Made by a program: the position numbers and the translations under genes
In this document: positions 27,318-39,086 of the stretch, piece after piece
Layout: the number at the start of each line of letters is the position of its first letter
How positions within the stretch are numbered: position 1 is the stretch's first letter
Assembly (NCBI GenBank): GCA_012800315.1
Contig: JAAZJO010000010.1
Span: forward strand, 45,942 to 109,941
Direction of reading: 5' to 3'
Origin: Candidatus Falkowbacteria bacterium
GTDB lineage: Bacteria; Patescibacteriota; Patescibacteriia; Patescibacteriales; UBA12465
DNA length: 64,000 nucleotides
The notes under the pieces: model-generated
The model's database searches: none
Told to the model about the DNA's origin: nothing
What the model saw: the letters and a program-made list of their open reading frames with translations, nothing else

Positions 27318-30300
27318 ATGTCTACGCGAAAATCATTTTCAGAACTTCGAGAAGCCATGCCCCTGCCAGACTTAATCGAAATTCAAAAAAATTCTTATAA
27401 TTGGTTTTTAAAAGAAGGACTGGCTGAGCTGTTTGATGAAATAAATCCCGTGACCGATTTTATCGGACGTGATTTAGAATTATATTTTGAAGACTACTAT
27501 TTAGACGAGCCAAGATTTTCTGAATTAGAAAGTCGTGAAAAAAATATTACTTATGAAGCGCCTTTACGCGTTAAGACGAGATTATTAAATAAAAAAACTA
27601 AGAAAGCTATCAGTCAAGAAGTTTTTCTCGGTGATTTTCCGTTAATGACCGAACAGGGAACTTTTATTATTAATGGTATTGAGAGGGTGGTTGTTTCTCA
27701 GTTAATTCGTTCAGCTGGGGTAATGTTTACAGCAGAATTTATTAAGGGCAAAAAATGTTACGGGGCAAAAATTATTCCTAATCGCGGCGCTTGGTTAGAG
27801 ATTGAATCTGATTCTAATAAGGTGTTATGGGTACGCATTGATCGCAAGAGAAAAGTAGCAGTTACTTCTTTGTTGCGCGCTTTTGGTTATGAAAAGGATG
27901 AGGAATTAATAAAATTATTTGCTGATGTTGATGTAGTAAAGAATAAAGATGAGCAGACTTTTATAGAGGCAACTATTGAAAAAGATGCGGCTAAAAATGA
28001 GGCAGAGGGACTACAAGAAGTTTATCGTCGTATTCGTCCGGGAGATTTAGCTTCTGTAGAAAATGCTCGCCAATTAATTCACTCAATGTTTTTTCGTTTT
28101 GATCGTTATGATTTTGGTCGGGTAGGGCGCTATAAATTAAATCGTCGTTTTAATTTAAATTTACCAGCTAATAAGAAAGAGAATCGTATTTTACGTAAAG
28201 AGGATTTAGTTTTGATTATTAAGGAAGTTATTCGTTTAAATATTACTAAGGAGCCAGAAGATGATATTGATCATCTAGGCAATCGTCGTGTGCGAGCGAT
28301 TGGTGGCTTAATTCAAAATCGTTATCGTGTAGGTTTAGCTAGAATGGAGCGAATTATTAAAGATCGCATGTCAACTTCTGATATTGCTTCTCTTACGCCT
28401 TCAAAATTAGTTAATGCTCGTCCAGTTATTGGAGTTGTCCGTGAGTTTTTTATGTCTTCTCAGTTATCTCAGTTCATGGATCAAACTAATCCTTTAGCTG
28501 AACTGGAACATAAGCGTCGTTTATCAGCGATGGGCCCAGGCGGCTTAACTCGTGAACGTGCTGGCTTTGATGTACGTGATGTGCATTCAACTCATTATGG
28601 TCGCATTTGTCCGATTGCTACTCCAGAAGGTCCGAATATTGGTTTGGTTGGTCACTTAGCTTCTTATGCTCGGTTAAATAGTTATGGCTTTTTAGAAATA
28701 CCATATCGCAAAGTAGTTAAAGATAAAAAAGGTAGTCGGGTTACTGATGAAATTGTTTATCTTGATGCTTTTGAAGAAGAAAAGTATATCACCGTTGACG
28801 CAACTATCCCGCTTGATAAAGATGGCTATTTTATTCCTCATAAATTTGAAGTGAGAAAATTTGGTGAGCCAGACGTAGAAGAGACTAATAAGATTGATTT
28901 TATGGGAGTGGCGGCTAATCAAATTATTTCTATTGCTACTTCTTTAATTCCGTTCATGGAACATAATGATGGACAAAGATCTTTGATGGGTACGAATATG
29001 CAACGGCAGGCAGTGCCGTTAGTTAAGCCGGAAGCGCCGATTGTTGGTACAGGAATTGAAGCTAAGGCAGCACGTGATTCTGGACATGTTGTGCTAGCTA
29101 AAGAAGATGGAGTGGTAGTTAAAGTTGATGCTAGTGTTATTGAAATTCAAAATAAAAAAGGGGAGATTAATCGTTATACTTTAAATAAATTTGTACGCTC
29201 TAATTCCTCAACCTGTATTAATCAGCATCCGATTGTTGATTTAGGACAAAAAGTGAAGAAAGGCGAAGTATTATCAGATGGTCCAGCGATTGATCAAGGA
29301 GAGCTATCTTTAGGCCGCAACGTTTTAGTCGCTTTTATGACTTGGGAGGGATATAACTATGAAGATGCAGTTATTATTTCTGAGCGTTTAGTTAGAGAAG
29401 ATATTTATTCCTCAATTCATATTGAAAACTATACAATTGATGTTCGTGATACTAAACTTGGTCCAGAAGTGATTACTAATGATATCCCAAATATCAGTGA
29501 GGAGAAATTAAAAAATCTTGATGAAGATGGAGTTATTCGTATTGGCACCGAAGTTTCTAGTGGCGATATTTTAGTTGGTAAAATCACCCCTAAAGGGGAA
29601 ACAACTTTGTCAGCAGAAGAAAAATTATTGCGAGCTATTTTTGGCGAAAAAGCTAAAGATGTTCGTGATTCTTCTTTATATCTTGAACATGGTGAACATG
29701 GCAAAGTGGTTGATGTAAAAATATTTTCTCGTGAAGAAGGTGATAAATTATCAGCCGGTGTTTTAAAGTCTATTCAAGTATCGGTTGCTAATATGAGAAA
29801 GATTCAGGTTGGTGATAAGATGTCTGGCCGTCATGGTAATAAGGGAGTTATTTCTCAAGTTGTGCCGATTGAAGACATGCCTTATATGGCTGACGGAACG
29901 CCAATTGATGTAATTTTATCTCCTTTAGGAATTATTTCTCGTATGAACTTGGGGCAATTATTAGAAACTCACATGGGTTTTGCTGCTCAGAAACTAGGTT
30001 ATCGGGTAGTAACTCCGGTTTTAAATGGAATTACTGAAGAGCAAATTAAAAATGAATTAATTAAGGCGGGCTTACCGGTGGATGGCAAAGTTGTTTTGTA
30101 TGATGGTAAAACGGGCAATCCTTATGATAATAAAATTACCGTTGGTTATAAGTATGTTTTAAAGCTTAACCACATGGTTGAAGATAAGATCCATCAACGC
30201 TCAATCGGTCCTTACTCTTTAATTACACAGCAACCTTTGGGCGGCAAGGCGCAATTTGGTGGACAGAGATTTGGAGAAATGGAAGTTTGGGCATTGGAAG

Positions 30301-30620
30301 GTTATGGTGCGGCCCATACTTTACAAGAAATGTTAACCATTAAATCTGATGATGTTCCGGGACGAAGTAAGGCCTATGAGTCTATTATTAAAGGAGAGGA
30401 AATTGAAAAACTAAATGTACCTGAATCTTTTAACGTTTTAATTCGCGAACTTAAGGGTTTAGGCTTGGATGTTGAACTGTTAGGAGGTGAAGGTGAGCAA
30501 CCAGCCTCTGAAGTAGTTACTGAAATAGACGAAGAAGCTAAGGAAGATGAGAAGTTCGCTTATGATAAACCAGAAATCATTGCTTCTTTATCAGAAGAAG
30601 GTGAAGTAAAAGAAGAATAA
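27318..30620 (+). CDS. rpoB: DNA-directed RNA polymerase beta subunit
   Basis: [52 protein letters not shown]. Confidence 0.99.
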   Translation: MSTRKSFSELREAMPLPDLIEIQKNSYNWFLKEGLAELFDEINPVTDFIGRDLELYFEDYYLDEPRFSELESREKNITYEAPLRVKTRLLNKKTKKAISQEVFLGDFPLMTEQGTFIINGIERVVVSQLIRSAGVMFTAEFIKGKKCYGAKIIPNRGAWLEIESDSNKVLWVRIDRKRKVAVTSLLRAFGYEKDEELIKLFADVDVVKNKDEQTFIEATIEKDAAKNEAEGLQEVYRRIRPGDLASVENARQLIHSMFFRFDRYDFGRVGRYKLNRRFNLNLPANKKENRILRKEDLVLIIKEVIRLNITKEPEDDIDHLGNRRVRAIGGLIQNRYRVGLARMERIIKDRMSTSDIASLTPSKLVNARPVIGVVREFFMSSQLSQFMDQTNPLAELEHKRRLSAMGPGGLTRERAGFDVRDVHSTHYGRICPIATPEGPNIGLVGHLASYARLNSYGFLEIPYRKVVKDKKGSRVTDEIVYLDAFEEEKYITVDATIPLDKDGYFIPHKFEVRKFGEPDVEETNKIDFMGVAANQIISIATSLIPFMEHNDGQRSLMGTNMQRQAVPLVKPEAPIVGTGIEAKAARDSGHVVLAKEDGVVVKVDASVIEIQNKKGEINRYTLNKFVRSNSSTCINQHPIVDLGQKVKKGEVLSDGPAIDQGELSLGRNVLVAFMTWEGYNYEDAVIISERLVREDIYSSIHIENYTIDVRDTKLGPEVITNDIPNISEEKLKNLDEDGVIRIGTEVSSGDILVGKITPKGETTLSAEEKLLRAIFGEKAKDVRDSSLYLEHGEHGKVVDVKIFSREEGDKLSAGVLKSIQVSVANMRKIQVGDKMSGRHGNKGVISQVVPIEDMPYMADGTPIDVILSPLGIISRMNLGQLLETHMGFAAQKLGYRVVTPVLNGITEEQIKNELIKAGLPVDGKVVLYDGKTGNPYDNKITVGYKYVLKLNHMVEDKIHQRSIGPYSLITQQPLGGKAQFGGQRFGEMEVWALEGYGAAHTLQEMLTIKSDDVPGRSKAYESIIKGEEIEKLNVPESFNVLIRELKGLGLDVELLGGEGEQPASEVVTEIDEEAKEDEKFAYDKPEIIASLSEEGEVKEE

Positions 30621-30644
30621 TTATTAATTAGTGATTATTAATAT

Positions 30645-33600
30645 ATGTTAAATCCAATAAAAACTAGCGATTTTGACGCTATTCGTTTAAAACTTGCTTC
30701 GCCAGAAAAAATTTTGGAGTGGTCCCATGGTGAAGTGACTCGTCCAGAAACAATCAATTATCGCACTCAAAAACCTGAAAAAGATGGTCTTTTCTGTGAA
30801 AAGATTTTTGGTCCGACTAAGGACTGGGAATGTTCTTGCGGAAAATATAAAAAGATTCGTTATAAAGGAATTGTTTGTGATAAATGCGGAGTTGAAGTTA
30901 CTCGCAGCATCGTTCGCCGTGAACGTTTGGGTCATATTACACTGCAAGTTCCAGCTACTCATATTTGGTTTTTGAGAGGCTTATCATCTAAAATTGGTTT
31001 GCTTTTGAATTTAGGTATTCAATCTTTGGAAAAAGTTATTTATTATGCCAGCTTTATTGTTACTGATGTTGATGAAACTTTAAAAGAAGCAACTATTGAG
31101 CAGATTAAGGCAGAGTATAAGTCTAAACTTAAAAGTATTGAAAATGATTATAATAATCAGCTAAAGAAGATTAAAGAAATTGCTGGCAAAGAGGCAGAGA
31201 GTGAAATTAAAGAAGCGACTAAAACTAAAAATGATAGAATTGCTAGATTGGATGAAGATTTTAGTGTTACGCAAAAAGAATTAAAAGAATTAAAGCCATT
31301 ATTAATTTTATCAGAACAACAATATCAGAGCCTAAGCCTAAAGTTTGGTCATATTTTTGAAGCTTCTATTGGGGCCGAAGCGATTCGTAAATTATTAGAA
31401 AAAATTGATTTAGAAGCCAGCATTGCTCGGCTAGAAGAGGAACTAGTTAAGGCGGTTGATTCAAAAAAAGAGAAATTAGTTAAACGTTTAAAATTATTAA
31501 AGAGTTTTCGCAATAATAATATTCGTCCAGAGTGGATGATCTTAACTGTTTTGCCGGTTGTTCCACCAGATTTACGTCCCATGGTTGCCTTAGATGGTGG
31601 TCGTTTTGCTGCTTCTGATTTAAATGATTTATATCGTCGGGTTATTAATCGTAATAATCGTTTAAAGCAATTAATTGATTTAAATGCGCCGGAAGTTATT
31701 TGTCGCAATGAAAAAAGAATGTTACAGGAAGCAGTTGATGCTTTAATTGATAATTCAGCTCGTCACACTAAGACGGTTACAGCCTCAACTGGACAAAAGA
31801 GACAGTTGAAATCTTTAGCGGATACTTTAAAGGGGAAGCAAGGACGCTTTCGTCAAAACTTATTAGGTAAACGCGTTGATTATTCTGGTCGTTCAGTGAT
31901 CGTGATTAATCCAAAGTTAAATCTTGATCAATGTGGTTTACCAAAAGTGATGGCTTTAGAATTGTTTAAGCCGTTTATTATTGCTCAGCTTATTAAAAGA
32001 GAAATTGTTCATAATGTCCGCAGCGCTTCTCGTTATATTGAAGCAGGACATGATGAAGTTTTTGATATTTTGGAAGAAATTGTGAAGAATGCTTATGTTT
32101 TATTAAACCGTGCTCCAACTTTGCATCGTTTAGGTATTCAAGCTTTTCGCCCGGTTTTGATTGAAGGTAAGGCTATCCAAATTCATCCACTTGTTTGTAC
32201 TGCCTTTAACGCCGACTTTGATGGTGACCAGATGGCTGTTCATGTTCCATTAACTAAAGAGGCTCGCCAAGAAGCAGAAACCTTAATGCTTTCTTCTCAT
32301 AATTTACTAAAACCAGCGACAGGTGATCCGATTGTTGCGCCCGCGCAAGATATTGTTTGGGGGACTTATTATATTACTTTAACAGAGAGTGATTATGAGG
32401 AGAAGAAGGCAGAGGATATGAAGTATTTTTGGAATGAAGATGAAGCAGTCTTGGCTTATGAAAATAATTTTATTAGTCTTCATGAGGCTATTAATGTTAA
32501 ATATGATGGAAGCATGCTAAAAACCACAGTTGGTCGTTTAATTTTTAACTCTTTATTACCAGAAAAATTAAAATATATTAATGAGGTTGTGGGTAAGAGT
32601 AAATTAAAAGACTTAATTCGTGATTGTTTGCGTATTTATGGGGAAGAAGAAACAGTTAAATTTATTGATAGTTTAAAGAATCGCGCTTTTGCTTTTATTA
32701 CTAAATCAGGCTTATCTTGGGGCTTTGGTGATTTACCTAGTTTATCAGAAAAAGACGAGTTGATTGAATTATCTAATAAAAAAGTTGAACTCATTCAAGA
32801 GCAATATGAAGAAGGGCTTTTAACTGAGTCAGAGCGTTATGCGAAAGTGATTGAAGAGTGGACTAAAACCAAAGATAAGATTGCTGATATTTGTAAGAAG
32901 GGCTTAAAAGATGTTTTGCCAGTTTATTCCATGATTGATTCTGGCGCTCGCGGATCATGGGCACAACCAGTTCAGATTTTGGGTATGAAAGGTTTAGTAA
33001 CTTCGCCTTCTGGAGCGATTATTGAATTGCCAGTTAAGGGAAACTTTAAACAAGGATTTGGTGTTTTAGAGTACTTCTTTTCCACCCACGCTACGCGCAA
33101 AGGTTTGTCTGATACGGCTTTAAGAACGGCTAATGCTGGTTATTTAACTCGTCGTTTAGTAGATGTTGCTCAGGATGTTATTATTTCCGAAGATGATTGT
33201 GGTGATACTGTGGGCATGAATTTGAATCGGGCTGAAATAGAAGCGAACGGGGAAGATTTTTTTCGTCGTTTAGTTGGACGTTATTTAGCTAAAGATGTTA
33301 AGGACGCTAAAGGCAAAGTTATTTTGTCGGCGGGCGAGATTTTAAATGAAGAAAATATTAAACTTTTGAAAGAAAAAGATGTTCAAGATGTTTGTATTCG
33401 TTCGGTTTTGAGTTGCAAGTTAAGCAAGGGTATTTGCACTAAATGTTATGGTTGGGATTTAGCTTATAATAAACCGGTGAAGATGGGAGCAACGGTGGGC
33501 GTAGTGGCTGCTCAATCTATTGGTGAACCAGGTACCCAGTTAACGATGAGAACTTTTCATAGTGGAGGAGTTGCTGGACAAGATGATATTACCCAAGGTT

Positions 33601-34577
33601 TGCCACGAGTTGAAGAAATTTTTGAAGCTCGTTCTCCAAAGAAAAAAGCCTTGATTTCTGATGTGGCTGGTCGCATTAAGATTGAATTTGCTCAGAAAAC
33701 TATTACTGATAAGGATGGCAAAGAAATTTTAGTTAATAATCCGCAAGCAAAAATTTTAAGTATTTTCTATAAAGGTAAGGATTATGATAAATATTATTTT
33801 TCTGAAAAGATTAATGAAATAAAATTAGCTACTGGAGCAACGGCTAAAGACAAGAAAAAATTAGAAGTTAAAGTTTTAGTTAAAGCGGGTGAAATGGTTT
33901 CTAAAAATTCAGAATTATTTAGCGTGGGCGGCGAGGTTGTGCGTTCAAAATCAGCTGGTAAAGTAACAGTAACTGATAAATATATTAGTGTGGCTAAGGA
34001 GGTTGAGAAAGTTAAAGAGTTTTCTATCCTTAAAGGCACGATGTTAATGGTGCAAGATGGGGATTTAGTTGAACGGGGTACTCAATTAACTGAGGGTAGT
34101 CTTGATCTTCGCGAATTATATAAATTAAAGGGACGCTTAGCTACGCAGCAGTATATTATTAAAGAAATTCAATATGTTTATAGTTCTCAGGGACAACCAC
34201 TTAATGATAAGCATGTTGAAATTATTGCTCGTCAAATGTTTTCTCGCTATTTAATTAAAGATGCTGGCGATACTCATTTATTACCAGGTGAAACAGTAGA
34301 AGAAGAGGTCTTAGAGCAGGCTAATAAGAACGCTAAGAAGCCAGCGGAGGCAGAAAGATTATTATTAGGAATCACAAAAGCTTCCTTGACTACTGATAGC
34401 TTCTTATCATCAGCTTCTTTTCAGGAAACCTCTCGTGTTTTGATTGAGGCGGCGGTTAATGGCAAGATTGACTATCTTGAAGGCTTAAAGGAAAATGTTA
34501 TTATTGGTTGCTTGATTCCAGCCGGCACTGGTTATAAAGGAAGAAAAAAGAGGGCTGATTATAGTCAACAAAATTAA
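30645..34577 (+). CDS. rpoC: DNA-directed RNA polymerase beta' subunit
   Basis: Zn-finger cysteines, NADFDGDQM, SIGEPGTQLTMRTFH, GLKENVIIG. Confidence 0.99.
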   Translation: MLNPIKTSDFDAIRLKLASPEKILEWSHGEVTRPETINYRTQKPEKDGLFCEKIFGPTKDWECSCGKYKKIRYKGIVCDKCGVEVTRSIVRRERLGHITLQVPATHIWFLRGLSSKIGLLLNLGIQSLEKVIYYASFIVTDVDETLKEATIEQIKAEYKSKLKSIENDYNNQLKKIKEIAGKEAESEIKEATKTKNDRIARLDEDFSVTQKELKELKPLLILSEQQYQSLSLKFGHIFEASIGAEAIRKLLEKIDLEASIARLEEELVKAVDSKKEKLVKRLKLLKSFRNNNIRPEWMILTVLPVVPPDLRPMVALDGGRFAASDLNDLYRRVINRNNRLKQLIDLNAPEVICRNEKRMLQEAVDALIDNSARHTKTVTASTGQKRQLKSLADTLKGKQGRFRQNLLGKRVDYSGRSVIVINPKLNLDQCGLPKVMALELFKPFIIAQLIKREIVHNVRSASRYIEAGHDEVFDILEEIVKNAYVLLNRAPTLHRLGIQAFRPVLIEGKAIQIHPLVCTAFNADFDGDQMAVHVPLTKEARQEAETLMLSSHNLLKPATGDPIVAPAQDIVWGTYYITLTESDYEEKKAEDMKYFWNEDEAVLAYENNFISLHEAINVKYDGSMLKTTVGRLIFNSLLPEKLKYINEVVGKSKLKDLIRDCLRIYGEEETVKFIDSLKNRAFAFITKSGLSWGFGDLPSLSEKDELIELSNKKVELIQEQYEEGLLTESERYAKVIEEWTKTKDKIADICKKGLKDVLPVYSMIDSGARGSWAQPVQILGMKGLVTSPSGAIIELPVKGNFKQGFGVLEYFFSTHATRKGLSDTALRTANAGYLTRRLVDVAQDVIISEDDCGDTVGMNLNRAEIEANGEDFFRRLVGRYLAKDVKDAKGKVILSAGEILNEENIKLLKEKDVQDVCIRSVLSCKLSKGICTKCYGWDLAYNKPVKMGATVGVVAAQSIGEPGTQLTMRTFHSGGVAGQDDITQGLPRVEEIFEARSPKKKALISDVAGRIKIEFAQKTITDKDGKEILVNNPQAKILSIFYKGKDYDKYYFSEKINEIKLATGATAKDKKKLEVKVLVKAGEMVSKNSELFSVGGEVVRSKSAGKVTVTDKYISVAKEVEKVKEFSILKGTMLMVQDGDLVERGTQLTEGSLDLRELYKLKGRLATQQYIIKEIQYVYSSQGQPLNDKHVEIIARQMFSRYLIKDAGDTHLLPGETVEEEVLEQANKNAKKPAEAERLLLGITKASLTTDSFLSSASFQETSRVLIEAAVNGKIDYLEGLKENVIIGCLIPAGTGYKGRKKRADYSQQN

Positions 34578-34620
34578 AGAAAAGCGAGTAAAAAGAAGTT
34601 AAACTTAGTTAAATAAAAAT

Positions 34621-34652
34621 AAAAAAGAAGCTGATTATTCAGCTTCTTTTTT
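34621..34652 (+). terminator. Intrinsic terminator after rpoC
   Basis: AAAAAAGAAGCTGA-TTAT-TCAGCTTCTTTTTT perfect inverted repeat. Confidence 0.85.
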
Positions 34653-34694
34653 GGTTGTCAGAAAGCGAAAAATAACGTAAAATAAGAGTAGATT

Positions 34695-36176
34695 ATGATT
34701 AAACCGTTTTGGACAAAATGGTCGTTTTTATTCAAGCTCCGTTTTATTTTTGGGGTTATTTTATTGATTTTTTTATTGCTTTTTCTTTATTTAAAAATAG
34801 TCCCTTTTGGCCAGATTAGTTATAGTCGTGATTATAGTTCTGCTTGGCGTTCGAGCAAGGGTTTTATTTCTGGCTTTACGCCGGCAGAAAGAGTTGATTT
34901 AGAAACTAGTGAAGTGCCGGCTATTATCGGCGATCCAGTTTATTTTTCTGTTTTTACACCCCGAACTTTTGATCAAGCTAAGATGACGATTGTTTATCGT
35001 GATAATTTAACTATTGATTTGCCAATTATTGAGGCTGGTGTTTTGGTAGATAATATTGTCTGGCGTTATGATTTAAAACCAGTTGATAATAAAGCGCTTG
35101 ATTATTTAATGTTGCGTTGGGATAAATTGGAAGAGAATGGGCTTTTATTTTTACAGAAAGAAAAGAATTATTCTAGTTTGGCTGATTGGGAAAAGGACTT
35201 AGCGAAAGGAAAAATAAAAGATTGTTCTAATGTTTCAACTAATTGCTTAGCTGTTTATAATTATACTCCACCCTATAAATATCAGATTGCCAATTATCAA
35301 CCGCTTTTGCCATTAACTATTGACCAACCTTTGCGCGGGGCGCATCAATTTTATCTTTATTTAAAAGATGAGCCTTTGCATTTAGATTTTTCTTTTATTG
35401 ATCAAAATTTAGATTTAAAACCAGCACCAATTAAGATAATTTTATCATCTGAAAACGGAATAATAGACACGCAAATAATTGATGATCCTAATCTTAATCC
35501 AGGCAGTGGGCAGATGGAAGAGAAAAAAGTGACGATTGATAAACGTAATTTGTCAGCGGGTATTTATAAGGTTGAGGTTAAGATTACCGATGACATGATT
35601 ATTAAAAAGATAAGTAGTTCAATTGGTCGTCTATCCTTTATTCATAAAATTTGGCCGGTTTCTGGACAAGGTAATTTGAAAGTTTATACTGATTCTAATT
35701 ATTTACAGGTTAAAGCTTTAAGTCCAGCTAGTTTGCAGACGATTAGTTTTGGGGGAAATAAATTTTCTTTAACAGAAGCTTATCGGCAATTTGATTTTTA
35801 TTCTGAGGACGGTGGCTTGATTAAAGAAATAAAAATTGCTCAAGATGATTTAATTTTGGAAAATAATGGAGTTTTTGCTTTGTCGCCGAATGCACTTATT
35901 AATCCTTCTTTAATGAAAGTAGACCGATTTTTTTCTGTGAAGATGCCAGTTAAATATATTGTAGCTGAATATCAAAAACCAAAAGAGGTGAATGGTTTTA
36001 AAGTGGCTACTGTTGAATTTGATTTGAAAAATGCTTATAGAGAGAAGGGAAAATATAACTTTATGATTGCGGTACCTGGCTTAAAAGCGGATGATAAATT
36101 AAATGATAATTTAGAGATTTATAAAATTAATATAGAATTTGAAGGCAGAACACTATGGCAAAAAATTTGGCAATAA
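34695..36176 (+). CDS. N-terminally membrane-anchored hypothetical protein with a beta-rich ectodomain
   Basis: TM helix FIFGVILLIFLLLFLYL, then about 455 aa of beta-strand-like sequence; no family recognised. Confidence 0.75.
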   Translation: MIKPFWTKWSFLFKLRFIFGVILLIFLLLFLYLKIVPFGQISYSRDYSSAWRSSKGFISGFTPAERVDLETSEVPAIIGDPVYFSVFTPRTFDQAKMTIVYRDNLTIDLPIIEAGVLVDNIVWRYDLKPVDNKALDYLMLRWDKLEENGLLFLQKEKNYSSLADWEKDLAKGKIKDCSNVSTNCLAVYNYTPPYKYQIANYQPLLPLTIDQPLRGAHQFYLYLKDEPLHLDFSFIDQNLDLKPAPIKIILSSENGIIDTQIIDDPNLNPGSGQMEEKKVTIDKRNLSAGIYKVEVKITDDMIIKKISSSIGRLSFIHKIWPVSGQGNLKVYTDSNYLQVKALSPASLQTISFGGNKFSLTEAYRQFDFYSEDGGLIKEIKIAQDDLILENNGVFALSPNALINPSLMKVDRFFSVKMPVKYIVAEYQKPKEVNGFKVATVEFDLKNAYREKGKYNFMIAVPGLKADDKLNDNLEIYKINIEFEGRTLWQKIWQ

Positions 36177-36332
36177 TTAGTCGGGAAGTATTTTATTTTT
36201 TTACAGCTCTAATCGTTTTATCAATTGGCCTAGAGATTATTTGGCCAAACATAATTTTAGCTTATGTAAATCTTAATTATATCATTGTTCTGTGGCTAAT
36301 TAGTGGTTTAATTAGTTTAATCAATAAGTAAT

Positions 36333-38318
36333 ATGTCTTTAAATAATTTTTTTAATCCAGCAGCTGTGGCAGTGGTCGGAGCCTCTAACCAGAAAACAAA
36401 AATTGGGCGCCAGATTCTTGATAATTTAATTAAGGGCGGCTTTAAAGGAAAGATCTTTCCGATTAATTTAAAAGAAAAACAAATCGCTGGTCTAAAGGTT
36501 TATGCTAGCTTAGAAAACCTGCCTTTAAAAGAATGGCCGACTCTTTTAGTAGTTATTGCTATTCCTATGCCTTTTGTTTTAGCCGAGATAAAAAAATGCG
36601 TTAACTTAGGAATTAAAAATATTATTATCATTACAGCTGGTTTCAAAGAAGTTGGCGGAGAAGGTGAAATAGCTGAAGCGGAAATTGCTAAGTTAGCTGC
36701 TAAGCACCAATTAAATATTCTTGGTCCGAATTGTTTAGGATTAATTAATACTTGGGGTAAGTTGAATGCCAGCTTTAGTTCGGCAGATACAAGCACCGGC
36801 AATATTGCTTTTTTATCTCAGTCAGGCGCAATTGGCTCAGCTGCGCTTGATTGGTTAAAAGTTAAAGATTTTAATTTTGCTTATTTTATTAGTTTAGGCA
36901 ATAAGGTGGCTATTGATGAAAATCAAGTGATTGAATATCTAGCCTCTGATTCACGAATTGATTTAATTGTTGTTTATTTGGAAGAAATTAAAGATGGTCA
37001 GAAGTTTATGAATTTAGTTTCTCGTTTAATTAAGTATAAGCCGGTAGCTATTTTAAAAGCCGGTCAAAGTATAGCTGGTGGACAACTAGCCTTGTCACAT
37101 ACTGGCTCTTTAGCTGGTTCTAGTGCGGTGATTAAGGCGGGTGTTAAAAGAGCGGGGGCTATTTGGTTAGAAAATTTAGGAGAATTATTTAATTTATTAC
37201 TTATTTTTCAAAAGAAAAATTGCTGTGATAATCAGAGTCAGGAGCTGTCTTTAATTACTAATGCGGGTGGTTTAGCAGTTTTAACGGTTGATGAAATTGA
37301 GCGACAAAATATTTCTTTTGGTTATAGTTGGGATTTACTAGGTGATGCTAATGGAGAAAAATATGAAGCAGGATTAAAAAAAGCGCTAGCGGATAAAAAA
37401 GTTCATAATCTTTTAGTTTTATTAACACCGCAAACTTCAACTGAGCCACTTAAAACAGCAGAAGCAGTGATTAAAATAGCTAAAAAATATCCAACTAAAT
37501 TAGTGATGACTAGCTTTGTTGGTGGCCAAGCAGTAGCTGAGGCGCGTGATCTTTTAGAAAAAAATAGCATCCCAACTTTTGAATATCCAGAAGAGGCAGT
37601 GCGCAGTTTTAAAAAATTAGTTGATTATAAAAAAAGTGCTAAGACTATTAAGTCATACAAATTGCTAAAAACAACAATGAAAAAACCAATTACTGAAACT
37701 GATTATTTAAAATCAATGGCTCTTTTGCGTGAATATGATATTCCGACAATTAAAACGGTTAAATATGAGGCAACTCAGGTAAAATCATATCAGTATCCAG
37801 TGGTTTTAAAAATTGTGGGACCTGATTTTTTACATAAAACTGATAAGCAGGCAGTGGTCACTAACATTAAAGATGAGCAGACTCTAAAAAAGATGGCAGC
37901 TCTTTTAGAGAAACGGCATAAAAAGATCTTAGCTAATAAACAAAATTATTTAATTGTTCAAAAACAGGCGGATCATTTTCAAGAAATAATTATGGGCTTT
38001 AAGCGTGATGCCTCTTTTGGACCGGTGATGATGATCGGTTTGGGTGGTATTTATGCTGAAGTTTTTAAGGAAGTAAAATTGGCGATGAGTGATTTAGATT
38101 TACAGACTGCTTTAGAAAAAATTGCTGAACTAAAAATCTACCCAATTTTAAATGGGGCGCGCGGGCAAAAGAAATACGATCTTAAGAGTTTAGCTGAAGC
38201 CTTTGTTAATTTATCTCGCTTAGCTAACGAGCATCCGGAAATTAAGGAATTTGATCTTAATCCTTTATTTGTTTTTGAAAAGGGGGTGTTGGCAGCTGAT
38301 GTTAGAATTATTATTTGA
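36333..38318 (+). CDS. Acetate--CoA ligase (ADP-forming), fused alpha/beta
   Basis: VAVVGAS, LGPNCLG, SQSGA, SHTGSLAG (phospho-His), HKTD, FGPVMMIGLGG, EFDLNP. Confidence 0.9.
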   Translation: MSLNNFFNPAAVAVVGASNQKTKIGRQILDNLIKGGFKGKIFPINLKEKQIAGLKVYASLENLPLKEWPTLLVVIAIPMPFVLAEIKKCVNLGIKNIIIITAGFKEVGGEGEIAEAEIAKLAAKHQLNILGPNCLGLINTWGKLNASFSSADTSTGNIAFLSQSGAIGSAALDWLKVKDFNFAYFISLGNKVAIDENQVIEYLASDSRIDLIVVYLEEIKDGQKFMNLVSRLIKYKPVAILKAGQSIAGGQLALSHTGSLAGSSAVIKAGVKRAGAIWLENLGELFNLLLIFQKKNCCDNQSQELSLITNAGGLAVLTVDEIERQNISFGYSWDLLGDANGEKYEAGLKKALADKKVHNLLVLLTPQTSTEPLKTAEAVIKIAKKYPTKLVMTSFVGGQAVAEARDLLEKNSIPTFEYPEEAVRSFKKLVDYKKSAKTIKSYKLLKTTMKKPITETDYLKSMALLREYDIPTIKTVKYEATQVKSYQYPVVLKIVGPDFLHKTDKQAVVTNIKDEQTLKKMAALLEKRHKKILANKQNYLIVQKQADHFQEIIMGFKRDASFGPVMMIGLGGIYAEVFKEVKLAMSDLDLQTALEKIAELKIYPILNGARGQKKYDLKSLAEAFVNLSRLANEHPEIKEFDLNPLFVFEKGVLAADVRIII

Positions 38319-38335
38319 GAATAGTTTTTTGTATT

Positions 38336-39049
38336 ATGTATAAAGATAAGAAAATTATTGTTGTTTTACCAGCTTATAATGCAGCTTCAACCCTAGAGAT
38401 GACTGTTCATGAGATTCCTGATTTAGTTGATGAGATAATCTTGGTTGATGATAAAAGTGATGATGCGACTGTGGCAGTGGCTAAGCGCTTGGGTTTGTTT
38501 GTTTTTCAGCGAGCAGAAAATGGTGGTTATGGCGCTAATCAAAAAAATTGTTATCGCTTGGCGCTTGATCATGGGGCTGATATTGTGGTGATGCTTCACC
38601 CCGATTATCAATATGATCCGAAATTGATTAATTTTTTTGTTAAATTTATTGGTGATAATTTTTTTGATGTGATGCTGGGAACTAGAATTCGCAGCCGACG
38701 AGAGGCTTTAGCTGGCGGCATGCCTCTATATAAATATTTTGCTAATCGTGCTTTAACTATTTTTGAGAATTTTGTTTCTGGTTACAACTTATCAGAGTGG
38801 CACACTGGAATGCGTGCTTATAGCAGGGAAGTTTTGGAAAATATTGATTGGCAATCAAATTCTGATGACTTTGTTTTTGACACGGAAATGCTTTTTAAAA
38901 TTGTGGCCAAAAAATATCGTATTGGTGAAACACCAGTGCCAGTTCGTTATTTTAAGGAAGCTTCCTCAATAAATTTTTGGCAAAGTTTAAAATACGGCTT
39001 AGCGACAGTTGGTGTTGGTTTAAGATATTTTTTTAGGGTATTTAAATAA
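38336..39049 (+). CDS. GT2 DPM1-like polyprenol-phosphate glycosyltransferase
   Basis: VVLPAYNA, VDDKSDD, NGGYGANQK, MLHPDYQYDP, FVFDTEM; ATG 38336. Confidence 0.88.
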   Translation: MYKDKKIIVVLPAYNAASTLEMTVHEIPDLVDEIILVDDKSDDATVAVAKRLGLFVFQRAENGGYGANQKNCYRLALDHGADIVVMLHPDYQYDPKLINFFVKFIGDNFFDVMLGTRIRSRREALAGGMPLYKYFANRALTIFENFVSGYNLSEWHTGMRAYSREVLENIDWQSNSDDFVFDTEMLFKIVAKKYRIGETPVPVRYFKEASSINFWQSLKYGLATVGVGLRYFFRVFK

Positions 39050-39086
39050 GCTTGATAGTTTAAAGTAGGTTTAATAAATTAGAAAA

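Noticed and set aside
27318-34577. Inteins or introns in rpoB/rpoC
   Set aside because: Frames are continuous, lengths are ordinary and no intein or homing-endonuclease motifs were seen
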